Source of the DNA: Turneriella sp.
Lineage (GTDB): Bacteria > Spirochaetota > Leptospiria > Turneriellales > Turneriellaceae
Assembly (NCBI GenBank): GCA_965279515.1
Contig: CBDIID010000003.1
Span: 1,760,001 to 1,824,000 of the forward strand
Direction: 5' to 3'
Length of the DNA stretch: 64,000 bases
Shown here: positions 57,889-64,000 of the stretch, one piece after another
Layout of the letters: each line of letters begins with the position of its first letter
Numbering within the stretch: position 1 is the first letter of the stretch
The notes under the pieces: model-generated
Told to the model about the DNA's origin: nothing
Seen by the model: the letters and a program-made list of their open reading frames with translations, nothing else
The model's database searches: none
Program-made: the position numbers and the translations under genes

Positions 57889-58341
57889 ATGATTTTAGGA
57901 AGAATTCTCATGTTTGTAGCGGGGGCAGGCCTCATCGCCATGTCACTCGGCGCCTGCCGCAGGCATTGCGGGCACGGTTTTGGACAGCTGAAGGAAAAAC
58001 ACTTCAACTATATCAGCAAAAAACTTGCGAGCAAGCTCGATCTTGACGACGCCCAAAAGGCAAAACTCGAAACGATCAAAAACGAGCTGGTAGCCAAAAT
58101 GGGCAGCTTCAAGTCGATGCGCAAGGATGTGCAATTGGAGCTCGTCAACCAGCTGAACGCCGATAAGTTCGACGACCAGAAGGTGAACAAACTTTTTGAA
58201 AGCAAAGAAAAGGAATGGGCAGAAACGCGTAAATTTCTGACAGCAAAAATGTCGGAGTTCCACGCCATGCTGAAACCGGAACAAAGAAAGAAACTTGCAG
58301 CTTTGATCGAAGATCGTATCAAATCCTGCGATAAAGAATAA
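57889..58341 (+). CDS. Spy/CpxP family periplasmic chaperone (possible lipoprotein)
   Basis: LDLDDAQK and LKPEQR (LTxxQ-like); SLGAC lipobox-like; AGGAGG RBS. Confidence 0.8.
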   Translation: MILGRILMFVAGAGLIAMSLGACRRHCGHGFGQLKEKHFNYISKKLASKLDLDDAQKAKLETIKNELVAKMGSFKSMRKDVQLELVNQLNADKFDDQKVNKLFESKEKEWAETRKFLTAKMSEFHAMLKPEQRKKLAALIEDRIKSCDKE

Positions 58342-58347
58342 CCGAAA

Positions 58348-58369
58348 GGCCTGCCCGCAAGGGCAGGCC
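58348..58369 (+). terminator. GC hairpin between spy-like gene and response regulator
   Basis: ggcctgccc-GCAA-gggcaggcc with a weak U-tract. Confidence 0.55.
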
Positions 58370-58377
58370 GATTATTA

Positions 58378-59049
58378 ATGAAGAAAATCCTGCTGATTGA
58401 TGACGACGAAAAACTCGGTAAACTCCTTTCTGAGTACCTTCGCAATTTTAACTTTGAAATCATTTCGGCGCTGAATGCGTCCAGTGGGCTCGGTAAGGTC
58501 AGGGGACAAAATCCGGAGCTCATCTTAATCGACATCATGCTGCCCGGCAAATCGGGTCTCGAATTACTCAAAGATATTCGCCAGATCAGCTCTGTGCCGA
58601 TTCTGATGCTGACCGCCCGCGGCGACGTCGCCGACAAGGTGCTCGGCCTCGAGAATGGCGCCGACGACTACCTGGCAAAACCCTTCGAGCCGCGCGAATT
58701 GGCGGCGCGAATGCAGTCCCTGCTGCGCCGTAGCGCGCAGCAATTCAAGGCGATGCGCGCGGGTGAACTCGAAATTAAAACAGAGGAACGCCGTGTACTT
58801 CTTGCCGGCGCTGAAATCGAGACAACGGCATTTGAATTTATCTTGCTGAAAACCCTGGCACAAAGCCCCGGCAAAGTTTTTTCCCGCGACGAACTCGTCG
58901 CCGCTATGCACGGCGAGGAATTTTCTGTTTTAAACCGATCGCTCGACGTCATTATCAAACGCCTGCGTGACAAGCTCAAGGACGACGCGCAAAATCCGCG
59001 TTTCATCAAGACTGTCAGGGGAATGGGGTATGCCTTTGTCGCTCGTTAA
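58378..59049 (+). CDS. OmpR/CpxR family response regulator
   Basis: LIDDD, DIMLP, GADDYLAKPF, KTVRGMGY. Confidence 0.95.
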   Translation: MKKILLIDDDEKLGKLLSEYLRNFNFEIISALNASSGLGKVRGQNPELILIDIMLPGKSGLELLKDIRQISSVPILMLTARGDVADKVLGLENGADDYLAKPFEPRELAARMQSLLRRSAQQFKAMRAGELEIKTEERRVLLAGAEIETTAFEFILLKTLAQSPGKVFSRDELVAAMHGEEFSVLNRSLDVIIKRLRDKLKDDAQNPRFIKTVRGMGYAFVAR

Positions 59050-60271
59050 AAAATTCACTCCGGGAATTTTCGGCAAGTTTCTGATTCTCATGCTCGCAAC
59101 GGGTGCCGTCATCTCTGCGCTGCTCGGTCTCTACTGGCGCAACATCGCCCAGCCGCAGTACCGCAGCGAATTCCACAGCCATATTGAATATTACCAGCAG
59201 CTGCTCGTCAGGGACCTGGGCTCTCCACCCGACAGGAAAAAAGCCGAGGACATCGGCCAGAGATTGCATATCGGCATTCGTTATGAGAGCGGTGCCGACG
59301 CTGAAGAAAACTGGCAGACTTCCCTGTTTCCGCAAACCTTTGAGGAAAAAAACACCAATAAAATCCGCCGCGGTCAATCCCTGGCTGCAATGCCGATACC
59401 CGGCGGCAGATTACTGCTGTATATGCGTTTCAGACAAGAAATCGAAACTTCGCATATTCTCGCCGTCATCGGCATCGTGACCATGGCTCTTTTTATCGCC
59501 TGGTTGATTTCGCGCTACTTGCTACGGCCGGTGCGCGAACTCAGGGCCGGAATGGCGGCCATCGAAAAGGGCCGGCTCGACCTGCGCCTTCAAATCCGCG
59601 GCAACGACGAGCTTGCTGATCTCCAGCGTAATTTCAACAGTATGACGCAGAATCTCGAAAGCATGTTGCGCGACCGCGATCGTTTGCTCGCGGATGTCAG
59701 CCATGAACTGCGCTCGCCTCTCACGCGCATGAAGGTGGCGCTCGAATTTAATAGCGATAAAAAAACCAGCAAAAGGCTGCGCGATGAAATTTCAGGGATG
59801 CAGACCATCATCACGGCGCTACTCGATACTGAACGTTTGGCCGCGGGAGAGAACACAGACACTGTTTCCGTCAGAGATATTCTGTCGGAACTTTGCCGTG
59901 AACACAAAATACAATTTAACGGTAATCAGACCGCAGCGAATGTCACTGGCAGCCGTGAAAAACTGAAGATTGCAATCCGCAACGTCATCGAAAATGCGAA
60001 GAAACACGGCTCAAAACCGATGGCTGTCTCCTGTGAGACCGATGGCAGCTATGCCATCATCCGCGTCACCGACTCAGGCAAGGGAATTGCCGAAGCCGAA
60101 CGCGAAAAAATATTTCGGCCGTTTTACCGCGCCCCCGGTGCTGCAAAAAGCGGCTATGGCCTGGGTCTCTATATGGCGATGAAAATTACCGAAAGCATGC
60201 GCGGACAGATATATGTTTCGCAAGCCGGCAAAGGAACGGCGATAGAAATTCGCCTGCCCCTGTCGCCCTGA
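59030..60271 (+). CDS. HAMP sensor histidine kinase (CpxA-like)
   Basis: 2 TM helices; HAMP; DVSHELRSPLTR; NVIENA; GYGLGL. Confidence 0.93.
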   Translation: MPLSLVKKFTPGIFGKFLILMLATGAVISALLGLYWRNIAQPQYRSEFHSHIEYYQQLLVRDLGSPPDRKKAEDIGQRLHIGIRYESGADAEENWQTSLFPQTFEEKNTNKIRRGQSLAAMPIPGGRLLLYMRFRQEIETSHILAVIGIVTMALFIAWLISRYLLRPVRELRAGMAAIEKGRLDLRLQIRGNDELADLQRNFNSMTQNLESMLRDRDRLLADVSHELRSPLTRMKVALEFNSDKKTSKRLRDEISGMQTIITALLDTERLAAGENTDTVSVRDILSELCREHKIQFNGNQTAANVTGSREKLKIAIRNVIENAKKHGSKPMAVSCETDGSYAIIRVTDSGKGIAEAEREKIFRPFYRAPGAAKSGYGLGLYMAMKITESMRGQIYVSQAGKGTAIEIRLPLSP

Positions 60272-60272
60272 C

Positions 60273-61094
60273 CTACGGCGCCTCTACGGGCGCAAAGCGT
60301 ACAATATCTTCCGTCGCAATCTGCGCCACCTTGCCGCCCAGAATTTCCACTTTATGTATGCGTGCATCGCGGCTTATCGGGTGTGCGAAAAACACTTCAC
60401 CGTTTTGCAACTCATAGCGGTAAAGCAGCCTCTCCGCTTTCGCTTGCGCTTTTTTTATCTGGTGGGATGTCTCGCTGAACTCAAAGCGCGCGGGTGCGAC
60501 GAGCAGAACTGGCTCCGCCCCCGGAGAAGATTTCATATCGATGCGCAGCCTGCCTTCCGTCAGGTTGATACTGCCGCGCTTCGCCGAGGTATCGAACGTG
60601 AACTCGGTGCCCGTGATCGTCACCGTCACGAGTGGGTGCTCAATCTGCATATCGACTTTTTGCCGCAGCCGGAAATCCGCCTTGAGCTTGCTGGTAAGAA
60701 TACGAATCTTGCCGCCCTCTTCTTTCAGCGTCGCAGCACCGCTGAGAAACCGGATCTCGCGCTTTTCGGTTTTGTAGACATCGCCCTGCCTGAAGGAACG
60801 CTCAGCTTTCACGACCGGCACGTCGGGCTGTTTCACCGGATCACTTTGCCGCAGGTAAAGCACGACAGCAAAAATAAGCAGCGCAAAAACCGGCGTCAGC
60901 CGCCAGGCCCAAAAACCCGAAGTGCGCGCAGGCTTCTGGATTTGCAAGCGTGGCGGCTTTGCTGCGGAAAACTCGCCGCGGATCTGTTTTTTAAAATCGT
61001 CCCAGGGTTTTGATGCCTGCGGCGCTTTCCCCCGCACGAGGCCTTCGGCCGCCAGCATTTCACGGATGCGCCGTTTGCGCTCTGCGGAACTCAT
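60273..61094 (-). CDS. FecR-like anti-sigma factor
   Basis: Single TM; VTITGTEF, LTEGRL; ATGA-coupled to the ECF sigma gene. Confidence 0.7.
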   Translation of the reverse strand: MSSAERKRRIREMLAAEGLVRGKAPQASKPWDDFKKQIRGEFSAAKPPRLQIQKPARTSGFWAWRLTPVFALLIFAVVLYLRQSDPVKQPDVPVVKAERSFRQGDVYKTEKREIRFLSGAATLKEEGGKIRILTSKLKADFRLRQKVDMQIEHPLVTVTITGTEFTFDTSAKRGSINLTEGRLRIDMKSSPGAEPVLLVAPARFEFSETSHQIKKAQAKAERLLYRYELQNGEVFFAHPISRDARIHKVEILGGKVAQIATEDIVRFAPVEAP

Positions 61095-61681
61095 GCGCGG
61101 CCCTCCTTAAATTCTGCATACAGTGGCTCGAGTTTCACGATGGCGCGCCGCATACGACTTTCCACAGCCTCGACGCTGAGACCCAGCGTGTCGGCGATTT
61201 CTTTATAGCTGAAATCCTGAAAGCGCAATAGCGCGACCTCGCGGTACTTTTCGGGTAGAGCCCCGAGCACGCGGTTGAGTAAGGTCTGTTCTTCACTCTG
61301 CAATAACAACTCTTCGGGGGTCGGTGTGGCGCGAGGCACAGGCATGGTTCGACTACGCTCACCAACCAATGCACTATATTCCTGGGCGCGCTTGCGCAAG
61401 AAATAAGAGGCGCTGTTACGGATGATGCCGAAAAACCAGTAACGCGGGTTATGGCTCGTGAGATACTCGTCAAACCGCGCCAGCGCCAGTTCAAAACTGT
61501 GGATTAACACGTCGTAGGCGTCGTCGGCATTGCGGATCACGCGCGTCAGGTAGCCATGCGCCATGCCATAATGCTCGGTATAGAATTTCTCAAATTCACG
61601 GTTTTTTTCCGCGCTCAGGGGTGCTGTTGCCGTGCTTTGCAAAATGATTTTCCCGCGGCCCACGATCGGTGATGGCTGCAT
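61091..61681 (-). CDS. ECF-type RNA polymerase sigma factor
   Basis: DDAYDV, WFFGIIRN, LPEKYR, SYKEIADTLGLSVEAVESRMRRA. Confidence 0.92.
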   Translation of the reverse strand: MQPSPIVGRGKIILQSTATAPLSAEKNREFEKFYTEHYGMAHGYLTRVIRNADDAYDVLIHSFELALARFDEYLTSHNPRYWFFGIIRNSASYFLRKRAQEYSALVGERSRTMPVPRATPTPEELLLQSEEQTLLNRVLGALPEKYREVALLRFQDFSYKEIADTLGLSVEAVESRMRRAIVKLEPLYAEFKEGRA

Positions 61682-61689
61682 GCTCGATA

Positions 61690-61723
61690 TATCGTGACAA
61701 CAAAAGAGGAAATCCGTCAGATT
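61690..61723 (-). promoter_or_regulatory. Putative ECF autoregulatory promoter, copy 2
   Basis: aatctgacgg-N14-tgtcacgata ending 8 nt before the ECF start codon. Confidence 0.75.
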
Positions 61724-61817
61724 ACCCGGATTTTATTGTCGAAAAAAACCGGGGACAACCGTCTAAAATAGTATTGCCGGCCTGTAATTCCGGGAACATC
61801 GTGCCGCTCGCATTCAT

Positions 61818-62297
61818 ATGAGAACCTACATTTTTCCTTCGCTCTGCTTCCTTTTACTCTTCACAGGCTACTGCCGCACGCCGCGCGAACAGGTTTTAAA
61901 GATTGGTGTCGATGAAGGCTGGGTGGATGACACGCGTTATGTCGTCGTCGTTCTCGGCTCGCAAACTTACAACAATGAAGCTGCCAAAGTTGCCTCGCAG
62001 GGCGCCTGCACTCTTGCCGCGGGCCAGATTCAGCAGCGCTTTTCAGAAGCTATCCTCGGTGGCGATATGGAAAAACGCTGCAAGGGCGTTGACCCGGCCG
62101 CAGATTCGTATTGCGACTGGAATTTTCGCCTCGACCCGAAGGTCTTCACCTTCAAGGGTGTTGACGTGAAGCGGCGCCACGATTTCAGCTCGCAGGGCGC
62201 AGTCTGCGAAATAGCCCATGAATTCCGGCATCCCGACCTGAAAAACAAGACCGTGGAATACGCGGCCAAGTTTAGCATAACGCCAGCCGCGCAGTAA
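61818..62297 (+). CDS. Putative lipoprotein
   Basis: Hydrophobic N-terminus ending FTGYC; four further Cys. Confidence 0.6.
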   Translation: MRTYIFPSLCFLLLFTGYCRTPREQVLKIGVDEGWVDDTRYVVVVLGSQTYNNEAAKVASQGACTLAAGQIQQRFSEAILGGDMEKRCKGVDPAADSYCDWNFRLDPKVFTFKGVDVKRRHDFSSQGAVCEIAHEFRHPDLKNKTVEYAAKFSITPAAQ

Positions 62298-62335
62298 GCC
62301 GATAATAATTCAGATTCAAATAAGGTTGGAAACCC

Positions 62336-62833
62336 ATGACCCGATTCATAGTATCCCTTTTTCCGATCCTGTCACTGCTTATCTTCATCCATTGCAAATC
62401 GACTCCTAAAATAGAGGAGAAACCGCCCGAGCCGCCGCCGGTCGTGATACCTGAACCTGTCGTAGAAAAACGCGCAGCGCCGGAAATCAAAGAAGAAGAA
62501 ATGGAAGTCGCAGTTCGGCCTTCCCTGAACCTGCGCAGCGCTGCCGGTCTCAGGGGGCGCATTCTCGACAGCATTCCTTACGGTAAAAAGATCACCGTTC
62601 TTGACCGCCTCGACGACGACGAAGACAAAAAAACCAAAAACAAATGGTACAAGGTGAAGTACGAAGGCGAAACCGGTTACGTCAATGCCAAATATCTACG
62701 CGAGACGGGTGATGACCTCGTGGTTAAAGCGCCCAAACGCGTGAAGCGCCGCCGCAAGGCGCGCAAATCCGCGAAGAAAAAGATGACACCGATTCAAGGC
62801 GAAACTGTTGAAGCAACAAAGAAAAAATCTTAG
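62336..62833 (+). CDS. SH3 domain lipoprotein
   Basis: IFIHC lipobox-like; Pro-rich linker; LNLRS...WYKVKY..GYV; basic tail. Confidence 0.8.
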   Translation: MTRFIVSLFPILSLLIFIHCKSTPKIEEKPPEPPPVVIPEPVVEKRAAPEIKEEEMEVAVRPSLNLRSAAGLRGRILDSIPYGKKITVLDRLDDDEDKKTKNKWYKVKYEGETGYVNAKYLRETGDDLVVKAPKRVKRRRKARKSAKKKMTPIQGETVEATKKKS

Positions 62834-62837
62834 CCTT

Positions 62838-63278
62838 ATGCTTAAGGCGACAGGCTGTTTTTTATTCGGGCTTGGGTTTTTAACTTCAGGCCTTGCTGCT
62901 GCCGAGAGGGGCGAGCTCGTCACTGCCGTAAAAAAACTCAAGGCAGCTTGCAGCCAGCCTGATTTTGCCCACGCGCCTGCGATTTACCCCAAAGCGGCGG
63001 CGCTGATTGCTTACATGGGGCCTGACAAGGCCAAAAAATATCAGGTGCCGGTAAATTATTCAGTCGCAGAAGAACAAAAGGCAGTGGATTCGGTCTGCAA
63101 CCGCATCAACAACCGCATCGGCGATATTCACACCTGGGCCGAAGTGCAGACGCGAAAAAAGCGCGGCGTCACTTGGCATGCCATTAGCTTTAGGCATACC
63201 ATCAGGAACAAAGAAAAAGAAAACCTGTTCGCCTTCGTCGAGATCGGCGGCAAGCTCTATCTCGGCGATATCGATTGA
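62838..63278 (+). CDS. Exported hypothetical protein
   Basis: Signal peptide; ends YLGDID; starts 4 nt after the SH3 gene. Confidence 0.6.
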   Translation: MLKATGCFLFGLGFLTSGLAAAERGELVTAVKKLKAACSQPDFAHAPAIYPKAAALIAYMGPDKAKKYQVPVNYSVAEEQKAVDSVCNRINNRIGDIHTWAEVQTRKKRGVTWHAISFRHTIRNKEKENLFAFVEIGGKLYLGDID

Positions 63279-63285
63279 CGGCGCT

Positions 63286-63525
63286 TCACGTTTGCAGACG
63301 GGTAAGCTGCTCACCCAGCCGTTTTAAATCATCCAGAAGTCCCGTAGGCACAGGTTTAATCGCATGCCCCAGTGTATTGGCATCGTCGATGAGATCGAGA
63401 ATGAGTTTTTTATTGGCAAAGCGCTTCGACTGCGGCCAGCGCATAAATTCATTTTTAAATTCGGCCGCTTTGGAATCGACTAAAGCAACGATTTTATTGA
63501 GCGCCGAAATCTGTTCTGATGACAT
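63286..63525 (-). CDS. Hypothetical protein (79 aa)
   Basis: Fills the gap downstream of the TrmH-family gene on the same strand. Confidence 0.5.
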   Translation of the reverse strand: MSSEQISALNKIVALVDSKAAEFKNEFMRWPQSKRFANKKLILDLIDDANTLGHAIKPVPTGLLDDLKRLGEQLTRLQT

Positions 63526-63548
63526 AGTATAACTAAAGCCCCGCTCAG

Positions 63549-64000
63549 TTACGCTGTCAAGGTTAAGTCCTGCCGCGTCCCGCGTTGCTGCGTCGCTTCA
63601 TAAAGAAACACGGCCGTCGCCGCTGCCACATTTAAGGAATTCATATGCGTCGGCATCACAATCTGCGCGGCATCATTGCAGGCTGAAATGACCGCGGCGC
63701 TGAGCCCCGGTCCCTCGGCGCCGAAGACGAGGCAAGAATCGCCGCGCAGATCCACATCGGACAATTTCGCCGCATCCGGGTTGAGGTGAGCCGCCACGCA
63801 GCGCACGCCGTCCGCGCGCAGCTTTGTCAGTGTTGCCACCAGATTATCCGCGCGCACAACCTTTTGTTCGAAAATGCTGCCCATCGAGCCCGAAACCGCG
63901 CGGCGCTGAAAAGGACTCACGCAGGTTTCGCCGACGATCAGAAAATGCACTCCAAACGCGGCGCATCCTCTCACAATGGCACCCAGATTCTCCGCGCTCG
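63549..64000 (-). CDS. TrmH/SpoU family RNA methyltransferase, 5'-truncated by window edge
   Basis: ENLGAIVR at the edge, VSGSMG, FGAEGPGL, SLNVAAA. Confidence 0.9.
   Translation of the reverse strand, partial: SAENLGAIVRGCAAFGVHFLIVGETCVSPFQRRAVSGSMGSIFEQKVVRADNLVATLTKLRADGVRCVAAHLNPDAAKLSDVDLRGDSCLVFGAEGPGLSAAVISACNDAAQIVMPTHMNSLNVAAATAVFLYEATQQRGTRQDLTLTA

Overview
Gene-dense bacterial chromosomal window of moderately high GC, with about 60 CDS. I recognised no rRNA, tRNA, CRISPR array or transposase. The gene content suggests a Leptospiraceae spirochaete such as Turneriella (adenylate cyclase next to a FecR-type protein, FGE-sulfatase protein, 7TM-DISM kinase, spirochaete-type lipoproteins); this is inference only. 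Housekeeping genes (glmS, gcvT, uvrD/pcrA, cyoE, fabH, selO, trpF, mnmA, uppP, rpsO-pnp, argJ, yajQ) alternate with many cyclic-nucleotide and two-component signalling genes. Main candidates: (1) a coupled four-gene operon at 49.3-52.1 kb: nucleotidyltransferase, TIGR04222-like membrane protein with a 7-Cys Gly/Ser tail, DUF692/MNIO enzyme and a small partner, i.e. a candidate membrane-anchored RiPP-like system; (2) an identical bipartite promoter motif before an ECF sigma/FecR pair and before a three-gene outer-membrane operon 4 kb away; (3) palindromic repeat elements translated in frame inside fabH and inside signal peptides; (4) an RNase III-like stem in the pnp leader, a decayed toxin remnant behind a DUF433 antitoxin, and a SRPBCC gene fusion that retains an internal RBS.
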